NCBI GenBank assembly: GCA_021432655.1
Contig: MU271615.1
Coordinates: 1 to 38,967 of the forward strand
Direction: 5' to 3'
From: Atractiella rhizophila
Lineage: Eukaryota
DNA length: 38,967 nt
Shown piece after piece: positions 27,588-38,967 of the stretch. The notes under the pieces were generated by a model. The model ran no database searches, was not told the DNA's origin, and worked only from the letters and a program-made list of their open reading frames with translations. Position 1 is the first letter of the stretch, and every line of letters starts with the position of its first letter. The position numbers and the translations under genes are program-made.

Positions 27588-30130
27588 ATGGCATCTTCAA
27601 CCCTTTATATGTCACCAATAGCTCTCCCAGATCAAGTACTCAATAATATCCCGGATGTGTCACTCTTCCACGTCTTGAAGGGAGATGTGAATGGTGAGTG
27701 TCTCCCGTGCCCTATGCTATGAACTTGTATTCATGTGCTGAGGGTCGTAGATGAACGATGGAAACCTGTGGGTGGCGTTCACAAGCCACTGTTCATCGAC
27801 GGCCTTAGTGTGCGTCCTACCTCCTCTCTTTCCTTTAAACTTCCTCGAGATAGTATGGCTGAATTTTGCACGAGTGTAGGGCGTCTCTCGCACGCATCCT
27901 GAGCAATTCGAGCGATCCGAGCACCTCAGTCGCGGTCTCCTCAGCCTCCCGTTTATCCAGACTGGAGGAGAGGAGCTAGGAACGATGGGGATCCTCACAC
28001 CAAACCATATGGACTTTGTGCGTTATGCCCTTCACTTATCCCAAGGAAGATTCAGACTGAAATTTCACAATGTTTGTCGCTGTAGCCTACCGCCGTCCTG
28101 TCATCAATCCAAATCGGTTTCCCCTTCGCCGCTATGTCCTCTACATCGACATCGAACGAAATTGCGCACTACATTCGAGTTGCGTCCGTCAAAGCTTTGA
28201 TCGTGCACACGTCTCTTCTATCCTCCGTGCTCACCGCCTGCAAGTCCACATCTTTTCCTACATCGAATATCATCCTGCTTGGGCCGTCCCCTCCCAAAGG
28301 ATACCTCACAGTCGACGACCTCATCAAGAAAGGGGCGGGCTTAGCTCCTGCTCCAGTCGCGACTATTCCGAAGCATGGAATCGTTTGGTGCGTCTTCTCA
28401 AGCGGCACCACGAGTTTGCCCAAGGCGGTTGGAATCACGCATAAAAACGTGATTGCGTTCCTCCTCGGGATGAAACACATTGGGGAATCAATGACCAGTG
28501 CATACGAGAAGAGTGGGCAGAAGCCACCCATAGACCCGAGCGTGGAGAGGCCGATTGCGCTGGCACATTTGCCCATGTATCATGTAAGCTTCCATAGCTC
28601 GTTTCATCGGATTCGCTTTCTAATGTTTCGCCCTCTTGGTGCGGATAGGTCTATGGACTTGTTCAGCTCGTTGTCCGGTCTTTTATTGCTCCGGCAACCT
28701 GTAAGCTTCGTCGTATTTTCTCCACGGTGTCGAAACTGATAACCAACAGTGATCGTGATGCCGAAGTTCGATCTCGACCTCTTCCTCACGCTGGTACCAA
28801 AGTATGTGCTGCTTTGCGCCTGTCATAAGTAGATGTCTAAGTCGTGTAAAGGTACAAAGTGAACCACCTGCTCCTCGTCCCAACCATCGTTCACATGCTG
28901 GTCGCCAATCCCAAGACACAGCAGACCGATTTCTCCAGCGTGAAGGTACGCGGGCATGCAATCATCCACCTTTAACTTAGTAGGGATAATAGGCAGCGGC
29001 TTCCGGTGCGGCGTACCTAGGCCCAGACATGCAAATGAAGTTCACCAACCTCCTTCGTTCGCGCGGCGCACAACTATCAGAGCCCTCGCCCAAAACCGGA
29101 GGGGGGATCACGAGCGGGTTCGGCATGAGTGAGGTTGTGGTTTCAGGAACGTTTGCGCCAGTTGCAGGTGCGATAGTCCAATTTGTGCATCTGATGAATA
29201 AGTGGCTGACGTTCTGTTGGATAAGGTATGCCATGTGGACCTGTGAAGCTGGGCTCCGTTGGAGTGCTCTACCCGTCTCTCAAGGCGAGACTTGTGGATC
29301 CGGAAACGGGGAAAGATGCTAAAAGAGGTGGACCTGGAGAGCTTTGGTTGAAGGGCCCGAGTGTGATGAGGGGATATCTGAACAACGAAAAAGGTGCGCC
29401 CTGCTTCATTTTGTGTCGGGAAAAGTTTTAATTGACTCACTGTGATTCGTATTTCATAGCCAATAAGGAGACCTTTTCGGATGATGGGTGGCTAAAGACG
29501 GGAGATGAATTTAGGATCGATGATGAAGGTCATCTTTTCTATGTAGGGTTTCCTTTTGTTTCTTTGGAAAGAAGATTAAGAGTTCTTGGGGGTTTCAGGT
29601 CGATCGTTTAAAGGACATCTTCAAATGTCGAGGCAAGTATTCTTTTGGATTTACTTTGACAAGCTAAACATGGACACCCTGCACTCAGGTCTTCAAGTCA
29701 CCCCTGGAGAGATCAACAGTGTGATACGCACAAATGTGCCGTACATCGTCGACTCGTGCGTCGGAGGTGTTCCCTCTCCTGCAGGGGCCAAAATAGGAGA
29801 GGTCCTGCTCCTTCATCATCTCTTGCATCTTGTTACTCACGAGATCTGATGCAGGAGCCATGGGCATGGATCGTACTGAAGGAGGAAGGGAAGCGGATGG
29901 ACCCTAAGAAAGTAAAGGAAGAGGTTGCAGAGGTGGTGAAGAAACATTTGGCGAGGCACAAGTGGTTGAGGGAGGTGGTAAGTTTTCCTATTCGCACTGC
30001 AAGCGACGATGATGTCAACTGGTCACCTTAGGTCATTCTCGACGCTCTGCCAGTCTTAGCTAGTGGTAAGAAGGTCGTGAGACAGCTCAGAGATGAGGCA
30101 ATCAAAAGCCAGAAGGAGTCGAAGCTGTAG
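27588..30130 (+). CDS. Peroxisomal AMP-dependent acyl-CoA ligase (4-coumarate-CoA ligase/luciferase-like)
   Basis: [65 protein letters not shown] and SGKK. Ends QKESKL* (PTS1). Confidence 0.92.
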
Positions 30131-30575
30131 TAAGACTGGATGACAAGATGTGAGAGGCTTTTGCTTGGGCATGTTCATGCTCTAGAGTCTGCAGCATATC
30201 GTTATAGCCTGCTATAGATTAGATTTTGGTGGCAATTTCAATGGCTGTGGTATTGTGGAGGCTAGACCACATTTTGGAATGCACGCAATGAAGGATACTT
30301 TGGAGAGCCGTAACAATCTGCAACATTCTGGCTAGTCTTCGTTCTTATCTGCTCACGTCATCTACTTCGTTTCCCGTCTACGTATGACACAAGGCGAAGG
30401 CGAGAAACACTTACCTCTCCTTCGCTGCTAGTACAACGAGATTGAAGCCATGTACGCGATGATCTTCACACGACGACTCCGCGGAACCAAACAGTAGAAG
30501 GTGCAAGTGAACCTCAAAACGACGAACGCTCCCTTTCCTCCTTCGCGCTCACAGCGTCTCTCCTTAATCCACACC

Positions 30576-33058
30576 ATGGCATCCGCCAATGGGCCCTCAG
30601 TCCCACCACCGCGCAACGCTGCCGCTCCACAGCAGCAAGGACTTTCCGCGGAAGAGCGGAAGAAGCTCCAAAGGAGCAGGTCCAACTCCTCACACCATAT
30701 CTTTGTGCACGCGAATGATGCACTTTTTGAGTACGATTCTCTTATAAGCTTATTACGGGTATTGAGGTGGTGTTACGATTGTCAGTCATTATCAGGACTC
30801 AGACGTCGACGACAAACAGTTCTCGAGGAATATCTTCAAGAACCCTGCCTGGTTGAAGCTCATCGCGAGAGGGACTGTCCTGCGCGTCATTTGGCCCGAA
30901 TGGATTGGTATGCACCCTTTCTTTGATTTCCTGGGTGGCATTGATTCCAAGCGTTCGTGCTATTTAGGGCACACACTCTGGGCCGTATTTGTGGTCGTCT
31001 TGAGCAAGAATACACCTATTAACCTTGGTATCTCAAACGTGTGAGCACATCCTACTCAAATGAAAGGGAACAATGGTGACCTTTAGTGCAGACTTCTGAC
31101 TGTTTTGGGAGTGTAAACCTCTTGCTTTCCATGACCATCCACGTTCTAATGCGTCGCCTCTCGCAGGCTTATCGGTTTTGTCGTTCCCTATCGGGTCAGC
31201 GCGAGTTATGCTTCCTATTGGGCTGGAAGGTCAGCATGGGGAGATTGCATGCGACATTCCAGAACACTAGCTCGACTGAGTGAATATTTACGTCTTGTTC
31301 CCAGCAACGAATACTGATAAGGTCTACCTACAATGTAGTGTGGTTCAACGTACCAACTTGCACGAAAAAGTATGCAGAAGACGAAACCGTCCCAAAGGAG
31401 GAGCTCGAGTCTGTCCTGGAGGAGAAGAAGGCGTTCTTGGATCTTATTCTTGCGTACGTCTACCTTACAATTGCTAAGGCACTTTGCTGAGTATCGTAAC
31501 GTAGTTTCGCGTCGGTTTTCTTATTCTTCACCTCTACCACGGCTAATCTTCAATTACTGCAAAAGCGTTTCCCTCAAGCACAGACTCAGATCCGAACACG
31601 GCATTTACTACGATGACTTATATCCTCTTGTCTGCGACATGCCCCAAGTGCGCCGTCTTCTTCCTCCGTGTACCTATATTGACGAAAGGTATAGTTCAAC
31701 CGTCCAGACGTCTCTCACGACCAAAAGAAGGCCGACGACGACATCGTAACCTCTCCCACATCCGCCTCCTCTCCGTTCCCATCGGTACTCAACGCTCTCT
31801 CCGCGCCGCCTCCCAACATGACTGTTAACGGCCCAACCGGGACTGGGCCAAAACACTCGGAGACTGCACCGTTGACCGCGCAAGGAAACGAATATGGCAC
31901 CTTCTCTCCTTCCTCAGGAGACTCAGCGCGCGATTCCCTCCTGCGATCTGTGCATGCGGCTACCGAACCCGTACCCGTACCTGCTCCAGCGGCAGCTTCC
32001 AGCGCTGTCCTGCAGCCCTCTCATACGTGGGCGGCTTGGACGAGCAGTACGATGGGGAGTGTTTCGAAGCCGAAGAAGCGAAAGACGCATCGGGTGGAGT
32101 ACAAGCAGGACACAGGGAACGATGCGACTGACAGTCAGACCGTCGTACTTATTCATAGGAAGTTGAAGGAATTTAAGGCTCGGATTGATGTTTCTGGGAA
32201 GCATGTACCTCAGATGGAGGACTTGCTCAAGAAGAAAGCGTCAAAAGGAGATCAGAATGATCGGTGCTTGAATATCCCTCTCGAGATTGTTTGGGCTCTT
32301 TCTGCTTATCTCTATGTCCTCGAAAAGAGAAATAACGTTGGTGGAAACCCGCTTGGTCAGCTTTATGCCAATGTCCTTGCTCTGGAGGATGACTTGACAA
32401 CTATGGAAAAAGTGGGTCCACATTCTTCCTTATTTTTCTACAGAGCAATTGCTGACTCCAGCATAGATCTTGACTTGTCCACTCCCCGTAATCTATGCTC
32501 TTCACCTTCGCCACGCCGTGAGCTCCCAACTCCCGTAGAATTATCCTTCGCTTATCAAATGTCTTAGGTCTGGATCTATCTGCTCTTCATGCCACTCCAG
32601 GTACGCAAACTGAGCTTATTGGAAGTTGCCTGTTGAGCGTTAACCTTTAGTTACTCCCAACGTATGGACCGTGGTTAACTGTGCTTGGAACAACCCTGGC
32701 AGCCTTCTTTTTCCTCGGCTTCATCGCTGCTGGTGAAGAAGTACGTCAATCCCATACCCGTCTGCTTTGCTCAGTAAGGATACTGATATATCGTCACGCA
32801 GATTGAACAACCGTTCGGATACGACGACAATGACCTGGATTTGGTTCGTGCTTTGCTTATGATTAAAAGCAGTTGCTAACGGGACGAATGCAGGACCTCT
32901 TCGTGGAGGAGATCATTGCGAAAGAGTTACAAGAGATCAAGGAACACCTGCCTCCTGATGTGGCCGAAGGCTTCAAGGAGATCAATAAGCAAGAAGATAG
33001 TGCTGCAAAGTGGATGAGGAAGAGGAGAAAGTGGAGAGCAATCGTCGACGCCTTCTAG
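30576..33058 (+). CDS. Bestrophin-like anion channel (UPF0187 family)
   Basis: IGFVVPYRVSASYASYWAGRSAW, LEIVWALSAYL and FFFLGFIAAGEE|IEQPFGYDDNDLDL|DLFVEEII. Confidence 0.88.
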
Positions 33059-33324
33059 GGTTGTCGCCTGCTATGTACTGTCAGCTATCCTCTAGTAGGA
33101 GTTCAAAACTTGTCGAGAAACGGAACAGATATCTTATACGTCAATATCCTCTCGCTTCGCATTGTATCTATTTCTCCTAGCTGTGCTCTAGGCTCATATC
33201 GATAATATATCACACCCATTTGTAACCATACCTTGGGAGGTAGAGACCGCAATCGCAATCGCTATTCCTGATTTCAAATACAAGTTGTCTTGCTCGGAAT
33301 GATCGATGGGCCAAATCCATCGCG

Positions 33325-34429
33325 ATGCCTGCCACAGTAAGCATTCATTCCCATCAAAACCACCTCAAATGGGATAACTCCCTCCCTCCCATCGCACGAG
33401 TCTCCTCAGGAGATACTGTCTCATTCTCCTGCCTAGACGCAAGCAATGGACAAATCACTGCTTCTTCCACCACTTCCTCTCTTCAATCGCTCGACTTTTC
33501 TCGTTTGGACCAAATAAACGGCCCTATCTACGTTGAAAGCGCGAAACCGGGAGATGTACTAGAAGTTGAATTCTTGAGCGTGAAACATGCAAGTTGGGGA
33601 TGGACAGCTGTTATCAAGGACTTTGGATTATTGGCCAATGAGTATGAAGAGAGTCTTAAGATTTGGAAATTAGATGAAGAGGAAGGATATGCATGGTTCA
33701 ATAACCAGATTCGAGTACCCCTGGACCCATTCATGGGAGAAATTGGCGTCGCCAGAGGAGAGCCAGGAGCTTGGAGCACTATCCCACCGTATAAGACAGG
33801 TGGAAATATCGATACAAAATATGTGACGGAAGGATCAAGGTTGTTTCTCCCTATCGAATGCGAAGGTCCACTTTCATTTTAGTAGATGTGCAGTAAACTA
33901 ATACGTGCTGTCAAAAGGTGCTCTTTTCTCCATTGGCGATGGACACGCTTGTCAAGGCGACGGCGAAGTGTGCGGAACAGCAATCGAGACTCCGATGGAA
34001 GTGGTTGTTCGACTGACAGTGCATTCCTCCACGACTTCAAGCTCTACAAGTCTTAACAAACCCCAGCTGGTGAAGACGCCACACATCCTTTCCCTTCCTC
34101 AAAACAACAGTAAATCGATCAGCATCCGCGCCGAACGAGAATCCAAGGGCTTTTATGCGACAACGGGTGTTGGAGATAACTTGCTTGAAGCATCGAAAGA
34201 GGCTATCAGAGCAATGATTGCATGGCTGAGTGCTGAGAAAGGCCTAGAGGGGAAAGATGCGTATATGCTTTGCAGCGTCGCTGTTGGTGAATGACCTCGA
34301 TTTAACTCTGGTTATCCCGTACTGATTTTTGGGTACGCAGATTTGAGGATCACGGAGATCGTCGACATGCCTAATTTCGTAGTTGGAGCGTTTTGCCCAC
34401 TCTCCATTTTCGTAGATCGATGGATCTAG
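33325..34429 (+). CDS. Acetamidase/formamidase family protein
   Basis: WDNSLPP, GPIYVESAKPGDVLEV, IPPYKTGGNID, FSIGDGHACQGDGEVCGTAIE and AYMLCSVAV|DLRITEIVDMPN. Two introns. Confidence 0.93.
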
Positions 34430-34989
34430 CTTTAATGGGCTGGTCACAAGCTTGAACAGGGAGTCCGCTCAACATTTCAGATTGGAAGGAACTTCCTTGT
34501 CAACATCCATATAACGTGTTGAGGTTCAGTGTAACGATCCAAGCTCGGAAATTTGAAAGGGAGATGCCAATCCAGGCAGGTTACACGCTTGAATTGAAGT
34601 GAGAGAACATTCAGCTTGAGGAAATCAATGGTATTTTGTGAAATTAGAGATCTCTCAATTCAATATGTTTATCGGCGCTGGTTCAGACATGGATAGACCT
34701 GATAACAGATGCGTTTCTTTAAGCACTTGATTTTATCGTAGCCTTTATCCGCTAAGAACGAACGCGGGAAATTTGATCGTTTTTCTTTTATAACTGAAAC
34801 GTTGTAACGAAGGTCCTCGCAATGTGATGTCATGAAATAACTTGTAACTCGATCTTAGCTATATCCAGCTATTATTTCTTCACAGCTATATGCTCGACTG
34901 TCGTGAATGACGCGGTTCCTCGCCGTCAGATTTACAAAGATATTTTTCACATTTTCTTCCTCCACAGGGACAGAATAACAAACGCACTC

Positions 34990-35712
34990 TCAATCCTTCT
35001 TTTGATCCCTCCTTCTCTTCACATCCCAATTGAACACCCTCGCCACATTCACCTCCGTCACCGTGATCTGCTCCCTCAACCACTGCGCGTCCTCCTTGGC
35101 ATCTGATAAACTTTTGCGGACCGTGGAGAGTTTGGAAGTGAGGAGTTCGAGAGCTTGTGGAAGGGGGTAGGAGAGGAGCGTGTTCGCGCCGAGCCAGACG
35201 TACACCTCGGAGAGATCTTTAGCCTCGACGCGTGCGCGAGAGTACAGAGTGTCTGCTAGCTCGAAGGTCGTCTCGAGGTCTTCTTCCTTTTCCTAACGTG
35301 TTGAGAACACAGAGAAAACAGAACCAAAACAGAATCAGTGTCGAATTCCCTGTCCCAAATAAAGGAGAAAGAAGTAGAGAGAAGACGACGCACCTTGCGC
35401 TCCATCAGTAGCTGAACGACCTCTATGCTCCGCTCCAACTCAGGGATCTTCTCCTCATAACCCGATAGCCGATTCAACGTGGTGCCCTCCATAAACCTAT
35501 ACTTTGCCAACATTTCCTGCAAGTTCCTAAGTGGTCCTTCGACTGATGCATCTTTCGATCCGAGGAACGCAGGGATGTCTTGCTGTTGACTTGTTTCTTC
35601 TCAGCAAGCACCTTTGCAGTAGTGAGAAGCTCACAATAAAAGGAGCTTGAGGGATTCCTCGCGGATTGGTTGTCAGCTTTGTTGGAGGCTCTGAGCTCGA
35701 GGCTGCAGACAT
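34990..35712 (-). CDS. PAC10: Prefoldin subunit 3 (VBP1/Pac10/Gim2)
   Basis: NPRGIPQAPFI, FQEMLAKYRFME, TFELADTLYSRA, VWLGANTLLSYP and LREQITVTEVNVARVFNWDVKRRR. Confidence 0.93.
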
Positions 35713-35897
35713 GTTGAGATGCTCAAAAATGGATTTCCTGAGCCCTTTTCCGGCCGTCGAACAAAGAAAATATCTGGTTCCGCGTTTCGATCAGTTCAAA
35801 AAGGACCACGACAAGGAAACATTCTTCGTCGACAGGTTGAATATTGAGTTAGTTATAGTGAGCAAGATATATTTCTAGAGGTTGCGTAGAGAAGGGT

Positions 35898-37514
35898 ATG
35901 GTCCTTAGTGCGTGTCCCTTAATAAATCATGAGGCAGACGAAGAATTGACTGCAAACGCGAGATCAGTCAACAACCTCAAATTCTCCTGCCAATCCTGTA
36001 TTTCAGGTCACCGGTCCTCCAACTGTCAACACCTCGAGCGCACTCTCTACGAAATCCGGAAAAAAGGACGTCCGATTTCCCAATGCGTTGATTGCAGGCA
36101 GGCAAGGAAGGGAAAGGGGATCCACGCGAAATGCGTCTGCGAGAATGCAGTGAGAGAGGTGGAGAGGGATCTTATCGTTCTCAAGAATGGAATTAGCGAC
36201 GCGAGTGTAGAAGGTGAGGACAATCCGTTTGAGAAACTGGGACTTTTTCCTCCCACCACCGCGACAAGCCTCTCCGCGGCAAATCAATCATCACCACCGA
36301 CATCTGGCACCGCCAACACTGCCATTCCACAAAGGGCAACGACAAAGGTGTCCATCACCTCCTTGCTCAATCCATGTTCCTGCGCAACCAGCGGATTATG
36401 CGACTGTGGAACACGCTCTGCCATACTTGGGAAGATGACACCAGCTCAGAAGAGGAAGCTCATTGCCGCGAAGCGAGCGATGAAGCGCGCAGAGAAGGAC
36501 AAGATCAGATCCTCATCCATCTCTGCTTCAGTGACTCCCGCTCCTCCTGCCACGAACGCACCTGCGGTTTCCGCAGGCTGCTGTTGCAAGAAATCCGCCG
36601 AGCCATCCCCTACTCCTGCTCCTACCTCTCCTGCTCCCGCACCGTTAAAACTGCCGGAGCTCGACTCACCCACGTCGACTGTGTCCTTCTCTCTCTCCAA
36701 TGATTCTCTCCCTCCTACCCCCGCGCCAGGATCAACGCTGTGCTGGTGTGGCGATGCATGCGCTTGTGTAGGATGCAAGGTTCACGACCCTCTGGGAATG
36801 AAGAAAGATAGGAATGGGAAGGGACGACTTGGCTGTGGAGGACAGGGTATTGAGCCCATTCCTGAGATGGCGGAGGGGATGGTCCTCCCAGACTTGGTGG
36901 GAGCGGATGCTGATGGGCTGCGGCGTTTCTTCTGGACCGAAGGAGAGGAGCTGGCGCCTCTTGGTGCTGTTGCGTCTGCAGTTGAAGTCGAGCTCGAAAA
37001 TGGCGCGAGAGATTCAGGAGGAGGGAATGAGAGGATCACACGTGCGAGGAGGAGCTCGTCCATTCGCCTTCCCAGTCTTAGCACACTGAATCTAGGAGAT
37101 CTTGCCAGTGGCAACTTTGAGAATATCCCAACCGAAGAGTGGAAGGCTTTGGGACGTCTCGTCGAAGTAGATCACGGTATTGCGTCTCAGTTCCCTCGGC
37201 TCTTGCCTCCTCTTACGAACAATTCCGAGAACACAGTACTCCAACCTCTCCCTCCGATCTTGGGACAACCATTGAAACCGCTAGACGGTGCTGGGGGTTG
37301 TTGTGGCTCTAGAGACACTGAAGTTAAGACGGGAGCGGACACCAGGCCACCTGGTGTTGGTTGTTGCAGCCTCGATGTTGGGATGGATATCGATATCGAT
37401 GATAATCTGCCTGATGATGGGTTGTGCGATGAAGACGCGGAAGGGGAGGATGATCCGGACTTTCTCATGGCTTGCAATTGTGGTGCTGGTTGCCCTTGTG
37501 GAACGAACAAATAA
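35898..37514 (+). CDS. Copper-fist transcription factor (Ace1/Mac1/Cuf1 family)
   Basis: After removing intron 35908-35967: MVLINNLKFSCQSCISGHRSSNCQHLERTLYEIRKKGRPISQCVDCR...HAKCVC. Internal CWCGDACACVGCKVH (CxCx3CxCx2Cx2H) motif. Confidence 0.92.
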   Translation: MVLSACPLINHEADEELTANARSVNNLKFSCQSCISGHRSSNCQHLERTLYEIRKKGRPISQCVDCRQARKGKGIHAKCVCENAVREVERDLIVLKNGISDASVEGEDNPFEKLGLFPPTTATSLSAANQSSPPTSGTANTAIPQRATTKVSITSLLNPCSCATSGLCDCGTRSAILGKMTPAQKRKLIAAKRAMKRAEKDKIRSSSISASVTPAPPATNAPAVSAGCCCKKSAEPSPTPAPTSPAPAPLKLPELDSPTSTVSFSLSNDSLPPTPAPGSTLCWCGDACACVGCKVHDPLGMKKDRNGKGRLGCGGQGIEPIPEMAEGMVLPDLVGADADGLRRFFWTEGEELAPLGAVASAVEVELENGARDSGGGNERITRARRSSSIRLPSLSTLNLGDLASGNFENIPTEEWKALGRLVEVDHGIASQFPRLLPPLTNNSENTVLQPLPPILGQPLKPLDGAGGCCGSRDTEVKTGADTRPPGVGCCSLDVGMDIDIDDNLPDDGLCDEDAEGEDDPDFLMACNCGAGCPCGTNK

Positions 37515-37709
37515 GACTTCACATCAAAATGGAATGCACAGTTTCTCTGCTCTTGTCATTGACCGTGTGCGTCAGGTTGAAGGACAAGAATGACATTGGC
37601 GCTTGTACGCCGGATTTCTATTTCACATGAAGACTTTTCACATCACTGGTTGGACAGTTTGAGTTTTTAACGTTTTGACCCTTGGAGATTCGGGAGCCAA
37701 TCAACCTCT

Positions 37710-38967
37710 TTAATCTCCCATAGGATACGCATGCAACACTTGTCCTATTGCGTACCTATCAGAATTTGATTCTCAGCGCTTAATGTGAAGACTGACCGGT
37801 ATAGAGTGCTCCTTCCGCACTAGCTAAGAGGACGAAGCTTGGCGCAATCTCGCTAGGTTGACCCGCTGTTCGTTCGACCAACGGCCTTTAAATATGTGCG
37901 CATAGAAACGGGGGGCAGACTCACGTCTTCCCAAACCACTTTCCTTACCAAACTGTTCCATCTCCTCCGCCGGCCTACTCGCTGGCTGTAAAGGAGTGTG
38001 CACTGGACCTGGCGCTACGGCGTTCACGCGAATGCCTTTGGGCATGAGTTGAGCGGCGAGGGCTTTGGTCATTGAATAGATCGCTCCCTAAACAGCGATA
38101 AGTACCACATTGAGGTGACAAATTGTGCTGGAGCTGAGAAGAGAGGACAAACCTTTGTTGCCGTGTAGTCGACCATGTTCCCAGAACCACGGAAAGCAAC
38201 AGTGGAGGTGGTATTGATACTGTTTGAGTCCTTTTAAAAAGCTGAAGAAGAGAAGAGAAGCGGGGCTCACATGCTGGACCCTTTCTTGAGATGTGGAAGC
38301 GCGTATTTTGTCATTGCGAACATCTGGATGACATTGCTCCTAAACGTGGATTCTACTATGCCTGTGCATTCATTCCCATCAGTGATAGTTACACGGGCAA
38401 AAATGACAGGGGCAACTAACTAAGGTCGATATTTTCAAAATTCTCCTCCATTGTCTGTTTGGACGCGTTGTTGATCAGAATATCCAGAGCACCAAACTTC
38501 TGAATGTGTTGATCAACTGCCTTCTTGCAATTGTCATAGTTCTAGCCGCCATGGAAGTCAAGGCCTGAAATTGGCGTGCAAATGGATGACGAACTTCCAA
38601 ATCGTAAGCGAGGGTGAGACAAGAGCGGCCCTCATCCTCAACCATTTTCTTCGTTTGCTGGGCATCCTTCTCTTCTTGAGGTAGATACACAATCGTCACG
38701 TCTGCTCCTTCACGAGCGAAGAGTTTCGCCACCGCACGTCCTATTCCAGAATCTCCGCCTGCCACCCCGAACAGAAATCGGTTCAGTCCCATCCAGAAAA
38801 GACGCAGGGAACAACTAACCAGTAATGATAACCTTCTTGTTCTTCAGCTTTCCCACTCCTTGGTATTCCACAAATCCACCCTCTCCTTCCAGCTTTGAGC
38901 TTTCTGAAGTGGGGTTCATATCTTTCTCCGACCTATAACGGGTCTGCGTCAGCACTGTTGCGAAAAA
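37710..38967 (-). CDS. Short-chain dehydrogenase/reductase, glucose/ribitol dehydrogenase type (5' end outside window)
   Basis: [66 protein letters not shown]; ends [11 protein letters not shown]. Confidence 0.92.

Noticed and set aside
33325..34429. Recent bacterial horizontal transfer of the acetamidase gene
   Set aside because: It carries two ordinary spliceosomal introns and the family is known in fungi; no evidence without a phylogeny.

Overview
Gene-dense, intron-rich eukaryotic DNA, almost certainly a basidiomycete fungus: ~50-80 nt GT/GC-AG introns with CTRAY branch points, microexons, and a basidiomycete-type calcineurin C-terminus. Manual splicing supports 16 protein-coding genes. 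In order: an FAD-dependent oxidoreductase (partial), a stand-alone LINE ORF1/Gag-like zinc-knuckle protein with an apparent mitochondrial presequence, a K/E-rich hypothetical protein, SAR1, a Nudix CoA pyrophosphatase with an apparent frameshift, two tandem diverged calcineurin A genes, a START-domain protein, an LCB3-like sphingoid-base phosphatase, a large acyltransferase-3 + egghead-like GT2 fusion, a peroxisomal (SKL) acyl-CoA ligase, a bestrophin/UPF0187 channel, an acetamidase/formamidase, prefoldin subunit 3, a copper-fist transcription factor and an SDR (partial). No rRNA, tRNA, CRISPR array or intact mobile element was seen. The most interesting signals are the acyltransferase-glycosyltransferase fusion and its lipid-metabolism neighbours, the apparently domesticated and mitochondria-targeted retrotransposon ORF1, and the tandem calcineurin paralogue with an altered autoinhibitory motif. 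All family calls come from recognising motifs by eye, not from database searches.
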